Shown here: in pieces, positions 1 through 11,330 of the stretch
Layout of the letters: each line of letters starts with the position of its first letter
Position numbering within the stretch: position 1 is the first letter of the stretch
From: Prorocentrum cordatum
Taxonomy: Eukaryota
Assembly: GCA_963575745.1 (NCBI GenBank)
Contig: CAUYUJ010000201.1
Span: 62,001 to 116,915 of the forward strand
Direction: 5' to 3'
Length of the DNA: 54,915 nt
Made by a program: the position numbers and the translations under genes
The notes under the pieces: model-generated
The model's database searches: none
What the model saw: only the letters and a program-made list of their open reading frames with translations
What the model was told of the DNA's origin: nothing

Positions 1-3000
1 CAGGCGGCGCGACATGCCACAAGCCCCCATACCCTTGAAGAGGATGACGTATTCCTTGCCGTTGATCTCTACCTGAGTGCACTGTTCCAAGGCCACAACC
101 ACTGTGTTCTGAGGCTGCGCGGACGTCGTCTCGGCCGTCTCGGCGCCAGCATTGTCGGCATTGTCACCGCGCGGGCTGGACTCAGCATCTGGAGCGGTCA
201 GGGGCAGGGCCACGGCAGAGGCTTTCCCCCGAAGCGCGTCGGCGCCTTCCTCGAAACCCAGGCAGAGTAAGCTCTTCCATGTTTGCAGCGCCGCAAGCTC
301 TTGGGCATCCATCCGTCGGAGCCGCTCCTGAAGCAATAACTGCATAACCATTGACTTGACCAAGGTATCAACACCTTCGGGCACTGCGCCAGGGAACTCA
401 ACCTGCAGTGCCTTCACGATGTCGGCCTTCTTCATGCACTCGATCTTGGACTTGACCTGCGCTTCGCGGCTCCTTTGGGCGGTGGCGAAATCACTGCCTC
501 TCGACCTCCAATCGTCCTTGTCGTCCCCCTCCATATTCCTGCTCCCTCCTCTCCCTCCTCCGCATCATCATCTTCTCCTCCCCGGGCTCCTCCCCCTCCT
601 TCTAATACTCCTCCTCCGCTCCCCCCCCTTGGGATTAAAACGCCACCGCGGTCCGCAACATTGCAACGACGGGCTTCTTCACCACTCGGCCCTTCAAGAT
701 TTCGGCAATCTCGAACACCCTGAGCCACAATGCCTCGCTGGAGGGGTTCCCGTTCTCTACGCTATCGTACCCGAAAATGTCGGCCTCCACGGCGGCCCCG
801 AATTCGATCCCATTGATGATGTACTGCTTGATGGGCTCGCTGCCGAACTGCGCGTTCTCTGCAATCAGCTTCAATGCCTTCTGAATGTAGAGGAACCTCG
901 TGCGGTGGGTAGCCACGACGTCGGATTGGTCAGCCCAGAGCTCAGCCACCCATTGGGCCAAGGAGGCGTCGACCGACTGGAGCCGGATGGTCAGCATGGT
1001 ACTTTCCTTGTCAACTTTGCGCTTCTCATCGACCCATGCATTTTTGTCCTCGGAGGGCGAAACCAAACACGACGGCCGACCCCCAAACACAAGACAACCG
1101 ACCAGGGGGGGCAGAAACGAAAGCACCCCAGGACCCAACACTTTCGAAAGGTGTTTAAGCTTAGAGGCGCCATGTTTGATGACGCCCAGTCCTTGTCATC
1201 ACTTATCTGATCGAGCAACGTCAGAATGTAACCAGAAATCCGATACAAGCAAGACGGCGCATGCATATCCAGAACTTTGAAAGCATCCGAGACAATAGTT
1301 CGACATGTTGCCTGCAGATCGTCTCCTGGGTACACCCTGCCCTTCGAGCGCAAGAGAGTCGAGCTGATCCTGGTCACGACAACGTGTGTCTGCTCGAGGT
1401 ACGTCAGGTTCTGCAAGGGAGGGTTGTCGGTGAGGAAGTCGGCGACCAGCTTCTTAGTCCTCGTCCGACTCTTGCCGTCGCTGCCGATTGCCATGTTGAG
1501 CGAGGCCAAACATGAAGCCATATCAACATCATCTTGATGTGTCGACGCCACGCCATCTTTTGCACAGTCGTTTATATCATCACCCTCGGGTTTGGGCTTC
1601 TCCACGAGCTCGCTGTGCACGTCGTAAATGTGATCCATGATGCGAGGGCGCAACATCTTCCACAGTGCGAAGTGTTCCTCCTCAGAGTCTCTGTCGCCGA
1701 ACTGGAACACAACCTTCCCCTTGTCCGACTGGAGCTTCATCCCCAAGCGAACTCCGAACCTCACCATCCGGCGGAGTTCACCAGTATTCCAATGTGAACG
1801 GTCAATTTTCCGCACTGGGTGGACAACAGCGTTCATCACGTCATCCAGGAACATGGTCGAGCGGACTGTTGATCCCGCTTGCGTGCAATGTGCCACGGCA
1901 TCTGGCGTGACGGCGGCCTTAGCAGACCCCTTCGGCTTAGCCTTGCCTTTTGCCTTCGGGTTCGCCACCGTCGTCAGCAGACGCTTGGCAGGGCTCGCGG
2001 ACAACGCATCTTTGAAGATGGAAGAGTCGGCCATCGGAGTGGTCAGCTGCACCAGGCGCTTACAATCAGAAGTCTTCTGCAATATCCAGCGCACGTCGCG
2101 GTCCGGGTGGTTCACGTAGTCCACGTCAGTAGCAATCTCTTGCGCGACATCTGCCTCCCCATCGTCATCGTCATCCTTGGGCTGGGGCTCAAAGACGGTC
2201 GGCACCGCGTACTTGAGAACCTCGAACATCGCATCGCCAAAGGCCCCGTGGTAGCTGTCCTTGGCCAGCACGTCCCCGATCTTGTCGAACACGAGGAACA
2301 TGGCCTTCGGATTCATGCGACGCTCCTCGAACACCACGAACTCCCCCCACCAGTCCACCAGCCTGTCCCATATCTGCAAAGCGTCGCACCTCTTCTTGAA
2401 TAAAGCTGCGCGCTTGAAATCCTCAAGCCCGTCGAACATCTCCCTGTAGTTCTCCTTGACGAATCTGTTGTACTTCGCCTCGAAGCCCTTGAAGCGGCTG
2501 CCGTTGCCATCGTCACCCTTGTTCCCGGAGCTGCCCGCATCTGCATCGTCCAGCTGCGCGTCATCGGCAGACCGTTTCTTAGCAGCATCTCGCTCATCCT
2601 TGAGGAACTTCACCCAGTGCGCTGCAATCACTGGTGTAATCTCAAGCCTCTCGACGAAGGACGTGGAAGATCCCACTGCGACCATGGAGTTGCACTGGAC
2701 CTTGATCCAGATCTGCGCGTCTACTGGGATCTGGGGGTTCAACAGCACGATGCGGGGCACCTGGCAGAAAAGTTAAGCTTCCTGTCCCCCCTTCAGGACT
2801 GCCCCCCACATCCACATCCCTCTCCCCGAGGAGCCCGAGGAGGGATGGGGATGGGTGGCCATGAGGGCGAGGAGGGGTGGACGGACACGATGACCATCAG
2901 GGACGTCGGGGTCACCACCCCTGGAGGTCGAAACCAACATGTTGTTGTAATGTGCGGCCCCATGGGCCCCAGGAGGAGCCCCCTTTCCCCACCTCCCCTC

Positions 3001-3554
3001 TCGGCCCCCTCACCCTCCATATTCATCTTTCTCCTCGTTCCTCTGACTCTGACTCGGCGCTCATTTAACCCTTGACCTCCATCCACCTCCTCCTTCTCCC
3101 CTCATCGCCCGACGGCCGACGTGCCCGCCCGCCCCGGGGGGGGGGTTCTTAATTTGCTGGCAGGGGGAACCTGGTTCGCGATCAGCAGTCGGACCTGCTC
3201 GTTGGGCTGCTTCGTGTCCTCCACGTGCTGGATCATATCATAGCACGCTTCGATGAGCGTCGCCCCCCCCAGCACGTGGAGCTGCCATTTCCGCGGGTCC
3301 AGCTGGTCTGGGACGACCATGATGTCCCCTGCGCGGTCCCCCCAGTTCACCCCCTTCGCCAGGCCGAGCTTTTTGTAATAGCGCCTGGTCGCCCTCTGCT
3401 GGCGGTTGTTGATCTTGTGCCGCACGAACACTCTGGTCCCGTCCTCGTGAAAAAATGGCTGAGTCGTTCCTGGCCACGGGAGGGCGTAGTCAGCATTGAA
3501 CTGCAGAGGGTGGCTCTGGCGCTTTCAGCCGACCGATGTCACGGTGGCGGCCAT
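1..3554 (-). pseudogene. Large multi-exon protein (>950 aa visible) with ParB/Srx-like N-terminal domain; premature stop near start; 3' end lies beyond window
   Basis: Inferred exons 3554-3171, 2760-1135, 1048-647 and 528-<1 join in frame. Intron 2761-3170 is CAG|GT...CAG|G and gives ...LIANQ|VPRIVLL. Intron 529-646 is GT-AG phase 0. Intron 1049-1134 is less certain. ATG at 3554 is followed by an in-frame TGA at 3527-3525. The N-terminus GDIMVV...LHVLGGATLIEA...VPRIVLL...WIKVQCN...TSFVERL resembles the ParB pattern (I.V...IIDG.HR..A...IP.IV...EN..R..L..E). Confidence 0.6.
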
Positions 3555-3569
3555 CTGAACATGTTTCGC

Positions 3570-3900
3570 TACCTGGAATTTTGGGATGCGTTTCAGTCCG
3601 AGTATCTTGATCCAAGCCCGCAGCGCGTGAACCATCACACTTGGAATGAGAATTCGGCTTAGCCCAAGAGGGCTCCAGAGAACTGGAATGTGAAACGCCT
3701 GAATCTGAATATCTCAGGCACGACGTGGGTGGATCAAGAAACCTGGAATGCGGGAAACGCCTCAGTCCAGTACCGTGTCCTGGAATGTGAACTCAGTCCG
3801 AGCATCTTGACACATGCCCGCACTGGGTGGATCAAGATTCCTCGAATGTGAACAAGCCTCAGTCCGAGTATCTTGATCCAAGCCTCCAAGCCCGCATACT
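3570..3900. repeat. Cluster of short degenerate repeats
   Basis: TCAGTCCGAGYATCTTGA recurs at ~3593, ~3793 and ~3859, CTGGAATGTGAA-like motifs recur, and inverted GGATCAAGA copies are present. Confidence 0.6.
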
Positions 3901-4549
3901 GAGAAGGCGAAAGGGCTTCAAATGTTCAGACGGCCATAACCATGATATCGGCAGCGGTTGGGTTGGGCATTTGGGGGCCTCCTCTGGGCTGGGTGGCTTT
4001 CGATGGCTTCTGCTGCGTTTCAGGGCCAGGGTCATCTGCGAAATAGCTCGGCGCCTCCCAGGGGTCTCAGGGCCAGCTCAGAACCGCGAAAACAACATTC
4101 AGATGACCGCGTCCGTTTGAACGCGCGCTGGCCCTTCATGGGTCCGTCTCGGACCCGTTCCAGAGCCAACTGAAATTGATTGGAGCCTCTTGGGGTCCTC
4201 GTCAGGGCCTCGCAACCGACACCTCATGTGCTGTCTGGCATCATCCAGAGCAGCCGCGCGGGGCCGCCTCTCCTCGCTCCCGGCCCCTTTGCTTGGCTCG
4301 CACCAGAGCCCACCCCTGGGCCGCCCAATGGCGGCGCCTGCGCGCGCAGCACGGCGCCCTCCTTGCCCGGGCGGCGGTTCTCGTAGCTGGAGAAGCCGCC
4401 GTCGAAGGCGCCGGGCGACCCCAGCTGGTCAGTGGCCCCAGCCTATCGGGAGAGGAGGGGGGGGCCAACCTGGTAGTGGGCAGAAGCTTTACTTGCGCAG
4501 AAGGCCAACACAGGCCATTTAAGCAAGGAAGGAATGCAAATTCCTAATG

Positions 4550-5283
4550 TCGGCCCGCAAACACCAACCATATGCAGCTGTGAGTACCGCGTTGTGGTAC
4601 CGCTCTCGGTGGAACCCTCTATGGGGCCACGATCCTCGTAAAGGGTGTGCCGAAATGGGCGGGGGGGCGCATGCAAAACCTGCTGCTGGGGCCTTTGGTG
4701 GAGGTGGAGCTCCCTATGGAGCCGCGATCCTCGTGAAGAGTGTGCCCAAATGAGTGGGGAGACGCATGCAATCCCTGCCGCTGGGGCCTTCGTTGGAGCT
4801 CTGAGCTCCCTATGGGGCCACGATCCTCGTGGGGGGTGTGCCACAATGGGCGGGGGGACCAATGCAAACCCTGCCGCCGGGGCTTTCGGTGGAGCTACGT
4901 ATGGGGCCACAATCCTCGGGAGGGGTGTGCCGACATGGGTGGGGGGGCACATGCAAACCTTGCCGCTGGGGCCTTCGGTGGAGCTCCCCGTGGGGCCACG
5001 ATCCTCGCGAGGGGTGTGCCGACATGGGCGGGGGGACGCATGCAATCCCTGCCGCTGGGGCCTTCGGTGGAGCTCCCTATGGGGCCACGATCCTCGTGAG
5101 GCTCGTGAGGGGTGCGCCGACATGGTGGAAATGCGGCGAGCAGCAGCAGGAGTGGGAGAAGGGAAGAGGGGGAGGAGAGGAGGGAGGGGGCAGCGGGGGG
5201 AGGAGGAGGTGAAGCGCGTTTTTTTTGTTTTTTTCCAAAAAAAAACGAAGACCCAACGCCACAGCATGGTCAAGGTTGGGAAA
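4550..5283 (+). mobile_element. Non-autonomous VNTR-containing (SINE-like) element, copy 1
   Basis: Head ATATGCAGCTGTGAGT.CCGCGTTGTGG..CCGCTCTCGGTGGAA, then ~6 tandem 89-96 bp units (GGAGCTCCCTATGGGGCCACGATCCTCG...), a purine tract and a 3' end AAAACGA.GACCCAAC...GTTGGGAAA. The same modules occur at 18340-18740 on the minus strand. Confidence 0.7.
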
Positions 5284-5379
5284 CTCTCTTGCCACCTGAA
5301 ACCTTTTGAGGCCAACCACCTGGTAGTGGGCAAGAGCTGGACCAAGGGATCACGGCAGTAAGTAAAGGGTGCGATGTGG

Positions 5380-5529
5380 AATGTCTGCGCCTTGACGTTC
5401 GAGCTCGCGCGGAGCCCCCAAGAGGCGGGTCAGCAACCGATCAAACGTTCGCTAGCGGACGTTTGAAGACTGACCCGCCTCGAGGAAGGACAGCGCTTGC
5501 TCAAACGTCGGGCGTGTCACTTCGACATT
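5380..5529. other. ~150-bp nested imperfect palindrome (long hairpin)
   Basis: Arms around centre GCTAGC (5451-5456): TCAAACGTTCGC/GCGGACGTTTGA, GAGGCGGGTCAG/CTGACCCGCCTC, GACGTTCGAGC/GCTCAAACGTC and AATGTC/GACATT. Confidence 0.8.
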
Positions 5530-6288
5530 GGAAGTCCAAAAGCGTGGCCTCCTCCACCTCAGCACCTCCACCTCCACCCCCGTCTCCCGCAGCCTTGAGG
5601 CTGGCGGTCAGCGCGGCGATCGGGTCCGACGACGTCGAGGCCGCCGCAGCTGCGTCGCGGCCGAGACCTGGCGGGCGGGGGACTCCAGCAACGAGCAGGG
5701 GCCGAGAAGGGCAGCACGCATCAGCGGCGAAGGAGGACGAGGATGACGAGGATCAGGAGACGGACGAGAGGAAGGGATAGATGTCGGGAAGGAGGAGGAG
5801 GAGGAAGAAGAGGGAGAAAAGGAGAAGGAGAGGAGGGGAGGAGGAGCGATGACAGATGGAAGAGGAGACGGAGGAGAAGAAAGGAGAGATGAGAGATAGA
5901 GGAGGAGCTTGCAGGAGAAAGGAGGGGAGGAGAGGAGGATAGGAGGAGGGATGCACAGCCGGTGCAGCCGACTGATGGAAACGCGTTGAAGGAGGGCTGG
6001 ATAGAGGTGCACTTTCCTTGTCAGTTGCCCAGGCGGGGGGCCAGCCGACTTGTCTGACTTGTCTAGACTCGGACGCGCGATCCGAAAGCCGAGCGCAGGG
6101 CAGCCAGCAGACCTGCACTGCCCGCCAGCCAGCTCCAAGCGAAGCACTATCCTCCTATCCTCCCTATCGCCGCCCTCCTCCGCTCTCCTTCTCCCACCCG
6201 CCGCCCTCCTCCGATTCGTATCGGCATTTCTCCATCCACTCACCTCCTCACTGGCGGGCCTCGTCCACATTTGGGACCGAGGGCTCAC

Positions 6289-8082
6289 TCACAAGGACCT
6301 CTGGCGCTTGATCGCCCGAGCGCGCTTCCTGGCGACTTCGGCAGCTGCCTCGGCCTCCTCTGAAACCAAAGCAGGGGTCAGCGCAGAGTCGATGCGCGGG
6401 CAAGGGGCAGCCGGGAATGCGATGTCACCAGACTGCTCAGGCACGCGCACTACCAGCAACCATCGATAACGATACACAATGGCGAACACAACTGACCCGA
6501 TAGAATTAACGTGCATTGCATTGCCTAGCTCGCAGAGCATAGAGTTCCGCGTGCGATAAGGAAAAGAGTTGGTAGAACCCCTGGTGAATTGGCAGTCGAC
6601 ACCGTGATACATCCTAACAGCTTCTGGGGTCACTGGGAAGCCCATCGACAAAAACGTCTCGAGTGGCGTCAACCACCTCTCGAGCTCAGCCATCCACGTG
6701 ATCCCCATCCCCCTGCGCAGGGTATGTAAGGGGCCCGTGACTGGGCTGTTCACTTGCTTCTTGATGGTTTGCCCCAGATCCCAATTGCGGCCAGGCAGCT
6801 GCTTCGAGAACTGTTCGAGCCGCTCACGTTCGGTCAAAGTCAAAGCGTACTTCCACGAGCCGTGCGGGTCGTTGAACTTGTCGCCTGCTCGGTGCCTCGC
6901 TTTCACGTCTGTTCTCGAAACCGCCCATTCGTACTCTTCTGCCAATTCCTCCTCTGAGCTCACGCAGTACGACGAAGGTGAGTACCCGCAGCCTCGAGCG
7001 AAGCAGCGGTCGATGAACTCTTGCATGGACATGTGGGGTCCCCGGGGAGGCGGCACATTCAAGCCCTTGAGGAGACCCACCACGAACTGGCGAGGCCGGC
7101 GCGTGCTCCAGCCTTGGTCGCAGGCGTTGAGAGTCACGCGTTCGAGGGAGTAGTGTCCCCCGAGAGCCCGCCGGTACTCGTCATCGCCTTGCTGCGGAAC
7201 GCACTCGAAGATCACCGTGGGTTCCTCGGGTCGGCGGTTGAAAGACGTGGCCCTGAGGGATGCGGTCTAAGAACGAAGGGCCTTTAATCATGTAAATCTA
7301 TCCTGAGGCCTAGCCCTGGGGCCCCACCCCTCAGGGCCCACATCTTTGAACAGCCGACCGAAATTACCAGAGGGAGGAGCACTAGGGGCAAGGGGGAGAA
7401 CGGGGAGTCTAAGGTCACGGGGCCCAGGGGCAGGAGAGGGGGAGGGGGCTCGCCCAAAGAGCAGGTTCAGTCGCAATGGTATTTGGCGCCCTTTTTGAGT
7501 CAGCCAGTCCAAGAGATCGAGTCGCTGCCGCAATCCTATCCATAGTACATTGTAGCCTTCTCCTTCTCGAGAGCCGCGGCTGCCGAAAGTGGAGTCATGC
7601 ACGCATGGAAACCCACTGCAATGGACATGGGTGCGAGATAAACTGCAGTACCCCCCGCATTTCAAACACCAGAGCCTCTTGGTCCGAGTTGGGTTTGATA
7701 GAATCAATCGTCTCCTGGCGTCGACATCTGTCAGCGGGAGCTTTGCCAGCTGGTCTCGCACACGGGGTGTTAGTACTTCATACCAGTCTTGAAAAGCATG
7801 ACGTGGGGCATGAGGTCCACTGTGGAGCATTTCTTCCATGGCCTTCCCGTCCTTCTCGATAACCCAATCGGACGCGACCGAGTATCCCAAAATGGTCCCA
7901 ACAACCCTCGCACTCAAGTCGAAAGTCATAATCCCTGAGCAGCCCGACGAAACCGTGAGGAGGCGGTGCATGCGGTGCCCGTCGGTGCAATCAGCCATGT
8001 GCCCGCACAGAGCATCAGCTTCATCTTTGCCGTGGGTCGCCCACATCAGAGATGACTGAACCGATGCGCATGTGATGGGCAT
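6289..8082 (-). CDS. C5 cytosine DNA methyltransferase (DNMT), at least two exons
   Basis: Motifs occur in canonical order: I SGCSGI, II VIEKD, III FQD, a CLKCGGYC insertion, IV SGFPC (catalytic Cys), then an intron ~7225-7509 (acceptor GAG|GAA CCC, donor probably GA), VI IFECV, VIII RRPRQF, IX RWLTPLE..MGFP and X LGNAMHV. The start codon and possible extra 3' exons (~5500-5670) are uncertain. Confidence 0.88.
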
Positions 8083-8266
8083 CTGGGGCCCCTCAGCTGG
8101 GGCCCGAGAAGGGCTGGCAGCCTCAATCTGACCGCAACGCCCGTTCAGCAAGCGACTGCAGTTCGACCCGAAACGGCAACGGACGGTGGGATCTGATGGG
8201 TTCGTACGGAATAATATCCTATGATCACGGCGGGTACCACACGACGAAAGAGACAGGGGGGAGGAG

Positions 8267-8286
8267 TCCGTAGCCCTTGGCTCAAG
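8267..8286 (+). other. Relic dinoflagellate spliced leader
   Basis: TCCGTAGCCCTTGGCTCAAG versus DinoSL TCCGTAGCCATTTTGGCTCAAG; both ends are identical with a small internal deletion. Confidence 0.8.
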
Positions 8287-8299
8287 CCATTGCGATTGA

Positions 8300-8715
8300 C
8301 TCCTTCTCGGGGCCTTCCTTGGGGCCCTCCTGGAGTTGTTTGTTCTCACTCACCCTTGCCTGGCCGAGCCGTTCTCTCTTCAATGGGCTCTCATCCCCCA
8401 AAATTGGGACCTCCTGGAGTTTACTTGGGATCTCCAAGAAGGCACCAAGAAGGCTCCAAGAGGGCCCCGAGAGGGGCCCCCCTGCTGTCAAGGACGGGGA
8501 CCGCCATCGTGACAGTAGGGGCGCCATCTTGGTGCCTTTCTTGGTGCCCTCCTGGGGCCTTCTTGTGACCCATCAGGAAGCCTCCCAGGGCTCCGAGAAG
8601 GCCCCAAGAGAGCTCCAAGAGGGCCCCGAGAGGAGCCCCCCTGCTGTCAAGGACGAGAGTCGCCATCTTGACAGCAGGGTGGCCCTCTAGAGGCCTTTCT
8701 TGGAGCCCTCCTGAC
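8300..8715. repeat. GGCCCCAAGA/CTCCAAGA-type repeat with ~160-bp duplication carrying a hairpin
   Basis: CTGCTGTCA...TGACAGYAG stem at ~8482-8519 and ~8641-8677 within duplicated CTCCAAGAGGGCCCCGAGAGG context. A related array lies at 24830-25090. Confidence 0.65.
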
Positions 8716-9039
8716 AAGTATGACTTGTCACTTCTCGGTCCGCCGAATGATTGTGCCGGCTGGTGTTATGGAGTTGATTTCCAGGAGTTGCCTTGCCTTG
8801 CTTTGCCTATGTTCATGCTCTCCTCATTCCTCCACGCTCCGTCTCTCCGTCCACCCTGATCCCTCACCCTGATCTCCCCAGAAATGCCCGACAACATTCG
8901 ACACCTTATGGCTGGCATACGAAAAGAAAAATGATCCCGCACCCGTCTCTCCCTCTCCCTCCTGCGCGCCCTGGGACGACGGACAGTGACGGACGCTTAG
9001 GCGCCCTGTCAGTGCCGCCTATGACCTTTATAAGCATGC

Positions 9040-9870
9040 GAGCCCTATGGTCCTCGTGAGCCCGGTGAGACCTATGAGCCCTATGAGCCCCATGAGCCCC
9101 AGCCCCATTAGGCGTCTGAGCCATTTGAGCCCTCTGAGCCCTATGAGCCATATCACCCCTATCAGCCCTATAAGCCATATGAGCCCTAGGAGCCCTAGGA
9201 GCCCTATGAGGCGTTTGAGCCCTACGAGCTCTGTGGGCCCTGTGAGACCTCTGAGCCCTCTGTGCCTTACGAGCCATATGGGCATTATGAGCCCTATGAG
9301 TCCTATGAGCACCCTGGGCCCTATGAGCCGCATGCGCCGCATGAGCCCTATGAGCCTTATGAGCCATCTGAGCCCTATGAGCCTCATGAGACCTATGAGC
9401 CCTATGAGCCCTATGAGTCCTATGTGCCCTATAGGCCTCATGAGCCCTGTGAGCTCTATAAGCCCTATGGACCCTACGAGCCCTACGAGCATTCAAAAGC
9501 CAATCCAACAGAGACCCCCAAACAAAGAGATTCCATGAGACGTTCTGCCAATGTCAGCCCCGAAGCAAATCAAACAGAGACCCCAAAAGCATACACCCTG
9601 AGCCCTACTAGCCCTATTATCCATACGAGGCATATGAACCCTGTGAGTCATATGAGCCCTATGAGCCCTACGAGCCCTACGAGCCCGATGAGCCATATGA
9701 GCCCATATGAGCCCTATGAGCCCTATGAGCCCTACGAGCCCTAGCCCTACGACCCATATGAACCCTATGAGCCCTGTGAGTCCTATGAGCCGTGTGAACC
9801 ATATCAGTCATATGAGTTCTCGGTGCCTTATGAGCTCTCTGAGCCCTGCGAACCCCATGTGACCTACGAT
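9040..9870 (+). repeat. 9-bp minisatellite (GAGCCCTAT)n
   Basis: Directly visible degenerate tandem 9-mers; they generate the spurious SPM/YEP/AHR ORFs. Confidence 0.95.
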
Positions 9871-10214
9871 GGTAAAGGCGAAGCGCAGCGAGCCGGTAAC
9901 ATCTTGTATGCTTGTACCTCTTACATATGTACATGCACACATATGTATACACATATGCATAGGCATATATGTACACACATACATTGTATGCATACATACG
10001 TACCCGCACCACCCCGAACCAACAACAAGGCATACATGCAGCTATATCGAGGTTCGTATGTCGGTAAGCAGGTCATGACCATTGAATAAACACTGCACCG
10101 TTGGGCATATAGGGGTACTCGCGTATAGTTGCTGGCACATCTTGGACTGTATTGGCATGGTCCTGGGGCGGGTGTACAACTCTCATCTGCTGGTTGGACT
10201 CGTCCCCCGCTCGA

Positions 10215-11330
10215 TGCCATCCGCGGGGCGAGCGTCCCCAGAGGAGGGCAGCCGTGGGGGGCCCCTCCCACTGACAGGGGAGAGCACCCCCACATGATAC
10301 CACCCGTGGGAAGCAGATCCCCACGGGTGACCTGGTCCGTGGGGGGGACACCCCCACGCGAGGTCAGCCGTGGGGGGATCCTCCCCACAGGAGGGTAGCC
10401 GTGGGGGACATCCCCCCACGGATGATATGATCTGTGGGGGGGTGACCCCCACATGAGGCCGCCCGTGGGGGCCACCTCCCCACGGGCGACCTGGTCCGTG
10501 GGGGGAACACCCCCACGCGAGGTCATCTGTGCGGGGATCATCCCCACAGGAGGGTAGCCGTGGGGGGCATCCCCCCACGGATGGTCTGATCTGTGGGGGG
10601 GTGACCCCCACATGAGGTCGTCTGTGGGGGTCACCTCCCCACGGGCGACCTGGTCCGTGGGGGGAACACCCCCACGCGAGGTCCTCTGTGGGGGAATCAT
10701 CCCCACAGGAGGGTCAGGAGGGTAGCCGTGGGGGTCATCCCCCCACGGATGGGGTCGATCTGTGGGGGGGTGACCCCCAATTGAGGCCCGCGCCCGTGGG
10801 GGTCACCTCCCCACGGCGACATTGTCCGTGGGGGAACACCCCCACGCAAGGTCATCCGTGGGGGGATCCTCTCCACAAGGAGGAGCCGTGTGGGGGGCAA
10901 TCCCCACAGGATGGTCTTATCTGTGGGGGGGTGACCCCCACATGAGGTCGCCCGTGGGGGTCACCTCCCCACGGGCGACCTGGTCCGTGGGGGGAACACC
11001 CCCACGCGAGGTCATCCGTGGGGGGATCATCCCCACAGGAGGGTAGCCGTGGGGGACATCCCCCCACGGATGGTCTGATCTGTGGGGGGGTCTCCCACAC
11101 ATGAGGTCGCCCGTGGGGGTCACCTCCCCACAAGCGACCTGGTCCGTGGGGGGGACACCCCCACGCGAGGTCATCCGTGGGGGGGGTCATCCCCACAGGA
11201 GGGCAGCCGTGGGGGGCGTCCCCTCACGGATGGTCTTATCGGTGGGGGGGTCACCCCCACATGAGGCCGCCCGTGGGGGTCACGCCCCCACGAGCGACTT
11301 GGCACGAGGGGGGACACTCCCACACGATGT
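10215..11330. repeat. ~160-bp higher-order satellite of ~32-bp palindromic subunits
   Basis: Landmark ACATGA recurs at ~10292, 10451, 10610, (10780 variant), 10940, 11100 and 11261. Each unit has five GTGGGGG-N-CCCCCAC modules. Confidence 0.9.

Noticed and set aside
356..2776. Plus-strand ORFs of 100-284 aa
   Set aside because: Antisense shadows of the minus-strand coding exons.
4464..5338. ~21-28-bp direct repeat ACCTGGTAGTGGGCA as target-site duplication of the SINE-like copy
   Set aside because: The repeats lie ~60 nt and ~30 nt outside the apparent element ends. They more likely belong to an older repeat that was interrupted.
10215..11330. CRISPR-like palindromic repeat-spacer array
   Set aside because: Spacers are only ~12-15 nt and recur every fifth position, there are no cas genes, and the context is eukaryotic. 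It is a higher-order satellite.
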